Source: a virus
Strand: one strand, 5' to 3'
Length of the DNA stretch: 64,000 nucleotides
IMG/VR virus record: IMGVR_UViG_3300027851_000016
Coordinates: 1 to 64,000 of that record
The notes below the pieces were generated by a model that ran no database searches, was not told where the DNA came from, and saw only the letters and a program-made list of their open reading frames with translations. The position numbers were made by a program, and so were the translations under genes. Every line of letters begins with the position of its first letter. The stretch's first letter is position 1. Shown here in pieces: positions 46,484-55,899 of the stretch.

Positions 46484-47809
46484 ATGGGCGTGGCACCGAA
46501 CAGCCCCGTAGCGGACTGGGTGGTCCAGCCGCGAGGAGACCACTACGGTACGTTCGTGAACCAGGTCGGTGGCGGGGATGCCACCGTCACACGAACGACC
46601 CCGAAGACCATCTACGACCCGACAGATGGTCTGATTCATGACGTTCCCGCTGGCTCGTTGGCGGTGAACCCGTGGAGTGCGTACCAGACGGGCGGCGTGG
46701 GCTACGCAGCAGTCATCGAGGAAGCACGCACCAACTACCTGACGAACAGCTACGGGGCAGCGAACGCTAGCAACATGTGGACTGGCTGGGTGTGGTCTGG
46801 CGTGTCCCCAGTCACGCGGAGCATTGTTGCTGGTGTGTACGGGAGCACGGCGCAACGCATTGTGTACGACGGAGTTGCTGCTGCGTCTGCCGCGACACTC
46901 CAGTTCCAACAGACGACGGCTGCTGGCACGTTCGCAGCAGCTGAAACTGCGATGGGTACGATGTGGCTGAAAGGTTCACGGGTAGGTTGTACCGCAGAAC
47001 TGCATCTCATCGCATGGAACTCTGGAGGTTCGTACCTCGGCGGAGCACAGGTGGCTGTGGTGCCTACCGTTGGGTGGTCACGGTTCTCGCTGGCTTACGC
47101 AAGCCTGCCAGCGAACACCTCGCATGTATTGTTCATGCTGAAGCTCAGTGGTATCGACACGGGCGACACGTATGACTTAGCCTTCGACGCTTGCCAGCTC
47201 GAAAAGAGCAGCGCACAATATCCAGGTGCTACTTCGTACATTCCGACGACGACGGTTACAGCTACAAGAGACCTGGATAGAGTGCTAGTTCCGACCGCTG
47301 GGTGGTCGAATGGTACTGGTATGACCTTGCTGGTAGTCTCTGATGGGACTAGACCAGGCACTTTCTATGGGAACCTGCTTGAACCGTCGTACAATACAGA
47401 CAACCGTCTGCGGGTGTCACGTAGTGCTAGCGCGGTGTCTGCGGGTGCCCAGGTGGGCGGGGTGGGGTACATAGCCGCAATAGCGAAGGCTGGTGCCTGT
47501 GTAGCAGTAGGACGGTTCCAGGTGGGTGCCCCTGTCTCTGTCTTTGCGGATGGTGCGCGCGCCGACTCAGCAGCTTCACTTGCGTCTATGCCACCTATGG
47601 CGATATCAGCGTCTTTGGGCGGTGGCTCTATGTCGTTTGTTCCGCTTGGTGGTCCTGTAGCACGTGCTACCGTCTACGACACCGCGCTCACCGACGAGCA
47701 ACTCGCAGCCGTTGACATGACCACCGACCTGTTGAACGGGAATGCGAGTATCGTGTACGAGAAGAGCGTTGGTGTGGTCTCGTCCGTCAAGTTCATGCCG
47801 AGAGGATAG
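46484..47809 (+). CDS. fibre/spike protein 1 (carbohydrate-binding + LamG-like)
   Basis: IEEARTNYL..S, QLEK...ATSYIPTTT....R..D, C-terminal YDTALTDEQL. Confidence 0.7.
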   Translation: MGVAPNSPVADWVVQPRGDHYGTFVNQVGGGDATVTRTTPKTIYDPTDGLIHDVPAGSLAVNPWSAYQTGGVGYAAVIEEARTNYLTNSYGAANASNMWTGWVWSGVSPVTRSIVAGVYGSTAQRIVYDGVAAASAATLQFQQTTAAGTFAAAETAMGTMWLKGSRVGCTAELHLIAWNSGGSYLGGAQVAVVPTVGWSRFSLAYASLPANTSHVLFMLKLSGIDTGDTYDLAFDACQLEKSSAQYPGATSYIPTTTVTATRDLDRVLVPTAGWSNGTGMTLLVVSDGTRPGTFYGNLLEPSYNTDNRLRVSRSASAVSAGAQVGGVGYIAAIAKAGACVAVGRFQVGAPVSVFADGARADSAASLASMPPMAISASLGGGSMSFVPLGGPVARATVYDTALTDEQLAAVDMTTDLLNGNASIVYEKSVGVVSSVKFMPRG

Positions 47810-47812
47810 AAG

Positions 47813-48127
47813 ATGCGCAGATACGTGTTCCTTGCAGAGTTCGCCTCGCCGCAGGAGGGGCCTGACTGCACTCCGATTGCACCGTTCGACAAGGTCGAGG
47901 TCGTGCAAGGAGAGGGCAGTGTGTACCCGCCTGCGCCTGCGAACATGTGCCTGGTCTCGGTGGAGTGCCAGGAGCACACGATTCTGCAGGACCTCGTGGT
48001 GAACGATGACCCGATGTGGCCCACGCAGAGGGCACTGCTCCTCGCACCGCTAGAAGAGGCGATGGAAGCGGCACGAGTCCAGATGGCTGAGTTGTATCCG
48101 TTTGTGGGGGTGGAGGACTATGCCTAA
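47813..48127 (+). CDS. hypothetical protein (possible fibre chaperone)
   Basis: GAGAGG RBS; lies between the two fibre genes. Confidence 0.5.
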   Translation: MRRYVFLAEFASPQEGPDCTPIAPFDKVEVVQGEGSVYPPAPANMCLVSVECQEHTILQDLVVNDDPMWPTQRALLLAPLEEAMEAARVQMAELYPFVGVEDYA

Positions 48128-48264
48128 GAAGGTTCCTGATAGCCTGCCCAAGAAGGCCAAGAGCGATACCGACTCCGCGTACATCGACAAGGTGTTCAAG
48201 TCCTTGTACAAGGGCCAGAACCGTAGGAAGTTGAAGGCACCGAAGCCACCGAAGGCAGAGGACC

Positions 48265-50049
48265 GTGGGTAGCCCAGCACCATATGCTCCTGTAGCCGAC
48301 TGGGTCGTCCGTCAGACGGGGGACCACTGTGGCGACTACGTAGACCTCGTCACGGGGCAGACGTGCACGATTACGAGGACGACCCCGAAGACGATATACG
48401 ACCCAGCAACGGGGCGGATTCACGATGTCCCCGCTGGGAAGCTGGCCGTGAACCCGTGGTCTGCGTACAAGAGCGGTGGGATTGGCTACGCAGCGATTCC
48501 TGAAGAGGCCAGAACGAACTACCTGTTGCATAGCTGGTTCGATGTGGACAGCAACGGGGATGGGCGTGCTGACAGCTGGAGTGTCATGCACAACGCGGGG
48601 ACTGGTACGTACGCACAGGCCCTGGTCGAGGGCGTGTACCGTAACGGGCAGTCGATTAGGTTGCTGACGGGGTCTGGGTACCAGATTGGATTGTCTCAGT
48701 CCAGTGCAGTAGGCACCTTCGCGGCGGGGGAGACAGCAACGTTCTCCGCGTATATTGGTGGCACGATAGCGGGTGCGTCTGCGCTGCTCCAGTTGCGTGC
48801 GTTCAGCAGCACAGCTGTCCAGCTGGGTGTTGTGAACGGAAACACGCTCGCTGTGACTGCAACGCCAACGCTGTTCTCGCAGGCGTATGCAAGTCTGCCA
48901 GCAGGAACGTCCTATGTCCTGGTAGCTGTGGTGCTGACCAACTTCAACACTGGAGATGTTACTGATGTCGTCGTGTCGGCAGCCCAGCTGGAGAAGGGTG
49001 CGTTCTCGACTTCGTACATTCCGACGACGACTGCGGCTGTGGCTAGGGCTGCTGACAACGTAACGATACCGACTACGGGGTGGACCCCGTCCACGGGTAC
49101 GATGATGGGTGTTGTTGGTGCGGGAGTCATGCCAACAGCGAACTACGTTCTGATGTGGAGAAAAGACTCAAGCAACTTCGTCGGACTTCAGACTACGTAT
49201 GCGTACGCTGGCGGTGGTACACGAATCGTGTATTACGGCGCTGGCAACGTAGCAGCATCTGGGTACAAGATTCTCGCAAACCCGTCACCGTGGGTGCTCG
49301 CAGGTAAGTGGACGGCAGGTTCACCCGCCTACGGGTACTTGAATGGCTCGGTGAGTACAGGCTCAGTGAACACGTATCTGTCGGATGTTGTGGGGGTGTC
49401 CGCACGTGTAGGCAGCTACGATGGTGGTGTGTACCACTTCCACGGGCCGATAGAACGACTCGTTGTCTATGACAAAGCGCTCTCTGATGCTCAGCTGGCA
49501 ACGACTGCACTGACGACTGACCTCCTGAATGGAATCGAGTATCGACCGAGCGTACAGTTCCAGATGACCACGACCAGAAGCAAGGTGGCGGCTGCGGTCC
49601 CCTCGGTAACGAAGCATACCAGGCGGCTCGTGTCCCGTACGGGAACGGGAACACCGTCAGTCACGAAGCAGACGAGACGGACAGTCGGAGTCGTAACCGC
49701 AGCGCAGTTGTCTGTTGCCCGAAAGACCTTCCGTACTGTTAGGATTGCATCAGCAGCGGTCGTCGGTGTGGCTCAGCGGAGCATGACGCGGCTGCTGGGT
49801 ATCGTTTCGAGTACGGTCGTGTCCAAGAATGCGCAAACGTCACGGGCACTCGGTGTGGTCGGGACTGGCACAGCAAGCAAGGGTGCCACGGTCGTGCACA
49901 GGACGCTTCAGGCGGTCGCGCACGGGTTGGCAAGCATGAGGTTCATCCTGCCGAACACGTACAGGTGGCTCGTCGGACTCGCTGTGGTCTCTGGCCTCAA
50001 GCGCACTGACGTGGATGAAAGCCGTAAGGAGGTCGATGTCGAGTGCTGA
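48265..50049 (+). CDS. fibre/spike protein 2, paralog of 46484, with C-terminal 18-19-aa basic repeats
   Basis: Closely similar N-terminal ~90 aa, EEARTNYL, AQLEKGAFSTSYIPTT, YDKALSDAQL, TRR.VGV-type repeats. Confidence 0.7.
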   Translation: MGSPAPYAPVADWVVRQTGDHCGDYVDLVTGQTCTITRTTPKTIYDPATGRIHDVPAGKLAVNPWSAYKSGGIGYAAIPEEARTNYLLHSWFDVDSNGDGRADSWSVMHNAGTGTYAQALVEGVYRNGQSIRLLTGSGYQIGLSQSSAVGTFAAGETATFSAYIGGTIAGASALLQLRAFSSTAVQLGVVNGNTLAVTATPTLFSQAYASLPAGTSYVLVAVVLTNFNTGDVTDVVVSAAQLEKGAFSTSYIPTTTAAVARAADNVTIPTTGWTPSTGTMMGVVGAGVMPTANYVLMWRKDSSNFVGLQTTYAYAGGGTRIVYYGAGNVAASGYKILANPSPWVLAGKWTAGSPAYGYLNGSVSTGSVNTYLSDVVGVSARVGSYDGGVYHFHGPIERLVVYDKALSDAQLATTALTTDLLNGIEYRPSVQFQMTTTRSKVAAAVPSVTKHTRRLVSRTGTGTPSVTKQTRRTVGVVTAAQLSVARKTFRTVRIASAAVVGVAQRSMTRLLGIVSSTVVSKNAQTSRALGVVGTGTASKGATVVHRTLQAVAHGLASMRFILPNTYRWLVGLAVVSGLKRTDVDESRKEVDVEC

Positions 50050-50375
50050 ACAGTGAGTTCTTCATAGGGCAGGGGGACACGAAGGACCCGATTCGTGTGA
50101 CCGTGTACCACGAGTACACGAACACGCCCGTGAACCTGGCGGGATTGACTGTCACGTTCTCGATGGTCACCGACCTCGGTGCTGTCATCGTTGACGACCA
50201 GCCAGCTGTCATCGACGGTCTCACGTCGGATGGCAAGGTGTACTACGAGTGGCAGGATGGGGATACGGACATCGCGGGGGATTTCAGAGGACGGTTCAAG
50301 TTCACGGACCAGTTCGGCAAGGTGTTCTCGGCCCCGAACGAGGGCTACATCGCGGTGCACGTCACGAAGTTCTGA
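50043..50375 (+). CDS. BppU N-terminal-like adaptor protein
   Basis: IGQGDT, PVNLAG.TV.F.M, GKVYYEWQDGDTDIAG.F.G.F...P..GYI.V.V. Confidence 0.7.
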   Translation: MLNSEFFIGQGDTKDPIRVTVYHEYTNTPVNLAGLTVTFSMVTDLGAVIVDDQPAVIDGLTSDGKVYYEWQDGDTDIAGDFRGRFKFTDQFGKVFSAPNEGYIAVHVTKF

Positions 50376-50386
50376 GAGGACAGCAC

Positions 50387-51598
50387 ATGTACATGAAGGT
50401 CGGAGCACACTGGTACGAGGTCCTGGTCGAGAAGACCGTGGATGACCTTGACCCTGAGTACGTCAAGAAGGTGCTTGGACAGAAGCGGTTCGACCCGCTT
50501 GGTTCGAGGGTGAACCCGAAGAGCCGTGGCAGTCGTGCGCAGGTCTCCGCTGAGAAACAGGTCGTGGCTGCATACACGAAGGGGATGCGTCCGCTATCAC
50601 CGAAGGCCGAGTACGACAAGGCCCGTGCAGCGTGGGTAGCGTACAAGAAAGGATTGAACAGTCAGCTGCAGGACTTGGTTGTTGCGCTGCAGGGTGGTAC
50701 CCTCACGGAGAAGGGGTTTCTGAGTAAAGCACAGGCGCTCCTTCGAGCGGGGTATGAGAGGGCGTATAGACTTGGAACCGACGCGGGTGGGATGGGGGCG
50801 TTCAAGCTCCCCGCAGAGGACCTGGCGTGGCTCGCGAGAGCAAGACGTGCAGAGTATCGGTTCCTTGACAAGTTCGCCCGTGACATCGTCCAGGGCAAAG
50901 GGTCGATGTCGTATCGAGACCGAGCATCCATGTACGTCGATTCGATGGACGGGATGTTCGACGCGGGCAGGATAGACGCGTACCCGTCGGAGGGGACCCT
51001 CATCTACTGGGAGTTGTCGGCGGCGGAGAGTTGCGGGGACTGCATCGACCTGGCGATAAACAGCCCGTACACGCCTGATGAGCTTCCGACGACCCCGAGG
51101 GCTGGCGGGACAGCGTGTCTGAGCCACTGCCAGTGCTCGCTTCGTGTGCGGTACGTCCCACCGACGAAGATGGACCTCGAAATCAGAAGGGTCAGTCCAG
51201 ACGCGGCGCGTAAGTTGGGACTCGCTTTCGTAACAGCAACTTCCCTCGCGTTGCTGCTGAAACCGAAGGATATGGCTCCGAGCAAAGGGGGTGACCCGAG
51301 TTCTGCTAGCGGACTGGACATGGATTACGATGGCGAAGAGTCTGTCGCCGTGCTCGACTGGAACAAGCTGGATGAGATGTTGTCAGCGTTGGCCAAGTTG
51401 AGGATGCTGGAGCGGTATGAACCGTCCGAGCATCGGCTCCACGAGGAGCTGCATGAGAACGACAGGTTCGCTGAGGCAAGTAAGTCGCTGCCTACGTGGT
51501 TGGACCCGTTCAGTCGGGAGGTCTACGTGTGGCACGCCATCGGTACACGTGTGCTGGAGCATGTAGGCCAAGAGATGCCCGAGGAGGTGAAGATGTAG
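50387..51598 (+). CDS. head morphogenesis (MuF-like) protein
   Basis: YW.L..AESCGDC..LA...PY....LP..P..G.T.C..HCQC. Confidence 0.65.
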   Translation: MYMKVGAHWYEVLVEKTVDDLDPEYVKKVLGQKRFDPLGSRVNPKSRGSRAQVSAEKQVVAAYTKGMRPLSPKAEYDKARAAWVAYKKGLNSQLQDLVVALQGGTLTEKGFLSKAQALLRAGYERAYRLGTDAGGMGAFKLPAEDLAWLARARRAEYRFLDKFARDIVQGKGSMSYRDRASMYVDSMDGMFDAGRIDAYPSEGTLIYWELSAAESCGDCIDLAINSPYTPDELPTTPRAGGTACLSHCQCSLRVRYVPPTKMDLEIRRVSPDAARKLGLAFVTATSLALLLKPKDMAPSKGGDPSSASGLDMDYDGEESVAVLDWNKLDEMLSALAKLRMLERYEPSEHRLHEELHENDRFAEASKSLPTWLDPFSREVYVWHAIGTRVLEHVGQEMPEEVKM

Positions 51599-51601
51599 CC
51601 A

Positions 51602-52819
51602 ATGGGAACCAGTAAGAGTACAGCACTCATCGAACAGCCGCTGTTCGAGGCTCTGCAGCTTGTCGAAGCGTCCGAGGAGGACCTGTACAAGCTGTTGACC
51701 ATCCGTGGTACCGCCAGCAAGGGCGGGCACGTGAACCAGAACGGCAGGCTGTACCCGACCTCGGTGTTGGCCAAGGTCGTGGAGAAGGCACAGAGTGACA
51801 TCGCCAAGGGCAAGCTCTTGGGTGAGCTGGACCACCCGCCCGACAAGGGGACGCTCAGCAGAGCGGCGGTCAAGTTCACGGCCCTCTGGATGGAGGGTGA
51901 CGACATGCTCTTCGAGGGGCATGTCCTGCCGACACCCGATGGGGAGCGTCTCGCGATGCTTCTTCGTGCAGGGGTCGGAGTCGGGATTTCCACGCGCGGC
52001 TACGGGTCGTTGCGGCCTGTGGACTATCCTGATGGTACAGTGTATGAAGTACAGCCCGACTACGAGATGAAGGGCATCGACTGTGTACTTGAGCAGTCGA
52101 ACGAGTTCGGTACCGTAGCGAGCTTCGAGCACATCGAAGGAGGTAGTGAGGACATGGACCTGGACACCCTGAAGAAGGACCACCCCGAGCTTGTCGAAGC
52201 GCTCCGTAAGGAGATTGAGGACACGCTCAAGGAGTCCACGGAAGACCAGCAGAAGGAGTTCGAGCTGAAGGTCTCCCAGGCAATCGAGGAGAAGAAGGAA
52301 GAGTTCATGGCCGAGGCGAAGAGCCTTGTCATGGAGTCGGACGAGGTCAAGGGACCGAAGGCCATCATCGAGGCCATCATCGAGGCCCTGAAGCCCATGC
52401 TCCCCGAGGCCAAGTCGGTCGAGGAGCTTGACGCGGACCTGCGCAAGGAGAACGAGGGCCTTGTGGCACAGGTCGAGTCGCTTCAGACCCAGAACCAGGC
52501 GCTCACCGAGGCTGCGGCAAAGGCTGAGGCTGAGGTAGAGCGTCAGGCCATCGCAGAAGCCGTCGCCGCCAAGGTGGACGAGCTTGTCGAGGGTCATCGC
52601 TTCGCGGACAAGCTCCGCACCCGCCTTGTTGACTGCACGTCGGTCGAGGCGGTCGAAGAGGCGTTCAAGCGCGAGGCAGAGTTCATCGCTTCGCTGGTCG
52701 AGGACACCAAGCCGCCTGCGGGCGAGGGCACGGTTCTCGATGAGGACGAGGACGGACAGAACAAGGGCAAGGCACTGACCGAGGCCGAGCAGCGCCAGCG
52801 GGCGCTCGCAGGCATCTAG
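51602..52819 (+). CDS. prohead protease (T4 gp21-like) fused to scaffold
   Basis: NQNGRLYP, LGELDHP, LPTPDG, GISTRGYGS, DCV..S, followed by an acidic coiled coil. Confidence 0.9.
   Translation: MGTSKSTALIEQPLFEALQLVEASEEDLYKLLTIRGTASKGGHVNQNGRLYPTSVLAKVVEKAQSDIAKGKLLGELDHPPDKGTLSRAAVKFTALWMEGDDMLFEGHVLPTPDGERLAMLLRAGVGVGISTRGYGSLRPVDYPDGTVYEVQPDYEMKGIDCVLEQSNEFGTVASFEHIEGGSEDMDLDTLKKDHPELVEALRKEIEDTLKESTEDQQKEFELKVSQAIEEKKEEFMAEAKSLVMESDEVKGPKAIIEAIIEALKPMLPEAKSVEELDADLRKENEGLVAQVESLQTQNQALTEAAAKAEAEVERQAIAEAVAAKVDELVEGHRFADKLRTRLVDCTSVEAVEEAFKREAEFIASLVEDTKPPAGEGTVLDEDEDGQNKGKALTEAEQRQRALAGI
52154..52819 (+). CDS. putative nested in-frame scaffold protein
   Basis: AAGGAGG immediately upstream of in-frame ATG 52154 (MDLDTLKKDHPEL) at the protease/coiled-coil boundary. 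Confidence 0.55.
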   Translation: MDLDTLKKDHPELVEALRKEIEDTLKESTEDQQKEFELKVSQAIEEKKEEFMAEAKSLVMESDEVKGPKAIIEAIIEALKPMLPEAKSVEELDADLRKENEGLVAQVESLQTQNQALTEAAAKAEAEVERQAIAEAVAAKVDELVEGHRFADKLRTRLVDCTSVEAVEEAFKREAEFIASLVEDTKPPAGEGTVLDEDEDGQNKGKALTEAEQRQRALAGI

Positions 52820-52842
52820 TCCCTGAAGGAGGGAAGCAGCAA

Positions 52843-54186
52843 ATGGACCTCAGAGAGATGATGACCAAGCAGGAGCCGTCCTTCCTGGTCGAGGACAAGC
52901 AGCGGCGTGGCCGTTGGGCGAACCTGACCGAGGGTCTGGACGACTACAAGCGGCTTCAGCTGGAGACCATGTTCGAGAACGCTGCTCGTCAGGTCCTGTC
53001 GGAGGCATCCGATACGTCCGACGTGCAGGCGTTCACGACCTTCGGATTCCCGCTCATCCGCCGTGTGTTCCCGAACCTCATCGCCCAGGAGCTGGTCTCG
53101 GTTCAGCCAATGACCATGCCGACGGCGCTGGTGTTCTTCCTCGACTTCGTCTATGGCACCACGATTCGTGGTACCTCGGCGGGGACGAGCATCGCGGACT
53201 CGATTCAGGCGGGCACGTACAACCCGTTCTACGCTGGCGGTCTCGTCCGTGGCGTGTACGTCGGTACTGGCGATGGCAACGATGTCACGTTCAACCTGCC
53301 GACTGGCACGTACCCCATCGCGGCGAACAGCCAGACCATCTATGTTGATGGTGTGGCCAAGGTCGAGACGACCGACTACAGCATCAACGACACGACTGGT
53401 GCCATCGACTTCACCGCTGGCGGCGCGCCTGCTGCTGGTGCGGTCATCACCGCCGACGCATCGCTCACGACTCCGACCGAGGGTGGGGACAACATCCCCG
53501 AGCTGGACTTCACCATGACCTCCGAGTCGGTCACCGCTGAGACCAAGAAGCTCAAGGCCAAGTGGACCCTGGAGTCGCAGCAGGACCTGCTCGCGTACCA
53601 CGGTGTCAACGCCGAGACCGAGCTTCTCGCTGTGCTCGCTGACGAGATTCGTCGCGAGATTGACCGTCAGATTGTGAACGACCTGTTCACCATCGCGTCG
53701 GCTGGCAACGTGAACTGGTCGAAGACCATTCCCGCTGGCTACGACGGTTCGCAGCGCGAGTGGGACATGAGCATCTTCGAGGCGCTCATCGACGCGAACA
53801 CGCTCATCTACAAGCGTCGGTTCCGCAACGCGACCTTCTGCGTGGCTGACCCTGACGTGTGTGCTCGCTTCGAGAAGCTCGATGGTTTCGTGGAAGTTCC
53901 GCGTGACTGGTCGGGCAATGCGGGCCAGGGCATCGAGAAGTTCGGTGTCATCAAGAACCGCTTCACGGTGTACAAGGACCCGATGGCCCCTGCGAACAAG
54001 ATTCTCATGGGTCACAAGGGTGCGTCCATGTTCGAGACGGGCTATGTCTACGCCCCGTACGTCCCGCTGTACACGACTCCCGTGTTCATGGACCCGAACG
54101 ACATGACCCCGCGCCGCTCGGTCATGAGCCGCTACGCACGCAAGCCGCTCATCACCGACATGTACTCGACCATCACCCTGACCTAG
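52843..54186 (+). CDS. major capsid protein, T4 gp23-like
   Basis: PLIRRVFPNLIAQELVSVQPM..PT..VF, V.AETKKLKAKWTLE..QDL.AYHG..AE.EL, EIDR, GY.YAPYVPL, MSRYA. Confidence 0.95.
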   Translation: MDLREMMTKQEPSFLVEDKQRRGRWANLTEGLDDYKRLQLETMFENAARQVLSEASDTSDVQAFTTFGFPLIRRVFPNLIAQELVSVQPMTMPTALVFFLDFVYGTTIRGTSAGTSIADSIQAGTYNPFYAGGLVRGVYVGTGDGNDVTFNLPTGTYPIAANSQTIYVDGVAKVETTDYSINDTTGAIDFTAGGAPAAGAVITADASLTTPTEGGDNIPELDFTMTSESVTAETKKLKAKWTLESQQDLLAYHGVNAETELLAVLADEIRREIDRQIVNDLFTIASAGNVNWSKTIPAGYDGSQREWDMSIFEALIDANTLIYKRRFRNATFCVADPDVCARFEKLDGFVEVPRDWSGNAGQGIEKFGVIKNRFTVYKDPMAPANKILMGHKGASMFETGYVYAPYVPLYTTPVFMDPNDMTPRRSVMSRYARKPLITDMYSTITLT

Positions 54187-54226
54187 AGCCAGGGCAAGTA
54201 AGACCAGCACCCGTTTGTAGTAGTCG

Positions 54227-54269
54227 GGGGCGGATTGCAGCGTGAAGGGTGCCACGCCGAGTCCGCTCC
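54227..54269 (+). terminator. stem-loop downstream of the capsid gene
   Basis: GGGGCGGATT..GCGTG/CACGC..AGTCCGCTCC; no U-tract. Confidence 0.4.
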
Positions 54270-54284
54270 AAGAGAGGAGTCCAG

Positions 54285-54719
54285 ATGGGACGGTTCTACC
54301 GTGATAAGGTCGTTGCTGCGGATGTAGAGTTGGGCGACCGTTCAGCAGGTACGCGTGTACCAGCAACGAAGGTCGTTCGAGCGACCCTCGCAGAACTGAA
54401 CGCTGGGAAGGTCATCGTTCCTGGTGTGGCTGGCAGGCAGATTGTCGTGACCGATGCCAAGATGCGTGCCATTGGTGGCGCGCTTGGTGCCGTCACGCTC
54501 ATCCGCCTTGTCGAGTCCACGTCGAGCGGTGTCGTGCTCTCGAACACGCAGGCGACTGCTACGCAGGACACGTGGCTGAACGCGAACACTGCCAACGCGG
54601 TCTCGACCAAGATGGCTGTCGCGCTCACCGCTGGTGAGGGCGTGAAGCTGGACAAGACGGGCAACGCGGGTACCGTCGCCACGCACATCGACGTGGTTGT
54701 GACGTACTACCTGGCGTAG
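54285..54719 (+). CDS. putative capsid decoration/structural protein
   Basis: GAGGAG RBS; beta-rich; follows the capsid gene. Confidence 0.5.
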   Translation: MGRFYRDKVVAADVELGDRSAGTRVPATKVVRATLAELNAGKVIVPGVAGRQIVVTDAKMRAIGGALGAVTLIRLVESTSSGVVLSNTQATATQDTWLNANTANAVSTKMAVALTAGEGVKLDKTGNAGTVATHIDVVVTYYLA

Positions 54720-54763
54720 TCATGAAGGCAGTGAACAGTACACAGACTGGGAGGTAGAGAAGC

Positions 54764-54928
54764 ATGGCTGGTGAAGTTCGGTACAAGAACAAGTCCGACG
54801 TACTGCAGGTGCTCTACGATGAGCGTGGCACGAAGCGCGAGGTCATCCCTGGTGGGACCATCAAGCTGACCAAGGCGCACGCCTCGCGGTTCAGGTTCCT
54901 GGTGCCTGTGGTGCAGGAGAAGTCCTAG
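54764..54928 (+). CDS. small hypothetical protein
   Basis: GGAGG RBS; 54-aa ORF absent from the track. Confidence 0.5.
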   Translation: MAGEVRYKNKSDVLQVLYDERGTKREVIPGGTIKLTKAHASRFRFLVPVVQEKS

Positions 54929-54949
54929 TCGGGACTGGAGGTGTGAACG

Positions 54950-55645
54950 ATGGCGGACCCCACTGAGGCTGATGTTCGAGCTACTCTGAGGAACAAGCTG
55001 GTGGTGCTGCTCGGCAGCAATGGGACTGGTGTGACGACCACGCTGCTGGACTCAGCCATCGACACAGCACTGGACGACATGTCACGCCTGAAGCCGAAGG
55101 TGTCCTACGTAGTCATGGACATGGTGGCTGGTCAGGCGGTGTACACGGTCCCCACTGGAACGTACAAGGTGCTCGACGTTGTGTTCCCTGACCTTGGTGG
55201 ACTCGCGGAGTCGGAGCTGGCCTACATCCAGTCGTACTCGCCTGGTGCGACCGCCCCGATGAATCACTCGTTGGCCATCATCGAGGCGCAGATGTGGGAG
55301 CAGTTCCAGAACCTGTACGGATTCGACTGGGAGTACAACGCGGACGCTGGTACTGTCACCGTCATGCCGACACCGACCACGTCTGGCAAGATGGCTCTGA
55401 AGGTATCTGTACTGCGCACCCTGCTAGACCTGCCCGTTAGCATGAGCAAGGCTGCTGAAAGTCTTGCTCTTGCTGCGGTGCTCTCCGACATGACTGCCTC
55501 AGTAGGCGGAGGTATAACGTCCGTGCCAATCGGCATCGGCAGTGTGTCGTTCGACCCGTCACGTCTTGTGGTACAAGCCGAGCGCCTGCGTAAGGAAGCG
55601 TATTCGAAGCTCGGGTTGGGTGGCGGGCAGGTGATAGTAGGATGA
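54950..55645 (+). CDS. head-tail adaptor/neck protein
   Basis: Position; AID.AL...SR..P, GQAVY.VP, V.P.P motifs. Confidence 0.6.
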   Translation: MADPTEADVRATLRNKLVVLLGSNGTGVTTTLLDSAIDTALDDMSRLKPKVSYVVMDMVAGQAVYTVPTGTYKVLDVVFPDLGGLAESELAYIQSYSPGATAPMNHSLAIIEAQMWEQFQNLYGFDWEYNADAGTVTVMPTPTTSGKMALKVSVLRTLLDLPVSMSKAAESLALAAVLSDMTASVGGGITSVPIGIGSVSFDPSRLVVQAERLRKEAYSKLGLGGGQVIVG

Positions 55646-55899
55646 GTGATGAAGGTATCTTCAGTGGTCCGCTTCCGAAGGGCATGCAACTACCCGTCCC
55701 CGAGGTGGATGTGTTCGACCAAGCCGCTGAATCGGTGCTGTCGAGTTCCGATGTCAACTACGCGAAGTTGATTCGTGACGCACTTGGCTCCGTCACTGAG
55801 GTAGACCTGGTGGTCAGCGGTCTCGGCACGAGTGAGGCTCTTGGTGCGCACCCTGTTGTGCAGCTTGAAGTCATCGTCATGCCGAGGGCCGAATCGTGA
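55642..55899 (+). CDS. hypothetical protein
   Basis: ATGA and GTGA overlaps at both ends. Confidence 0.5.
   Translation: MSDEGIFSGPLPKGMQLPVPEVDVFDQAAESVLSSSDVNYAKLIRDALGSVTEVDLVVSGLGTSEALGAHPVVQLEVIVMPRAES

Noticed and set aside
46484-50049. Diversity-generating retroelement template/variable repeat pair in the fibre paralogs
   Set aside because: No reverse transcriptase in the window, and differences are not confined to adenines; this is ordinary paralogy.
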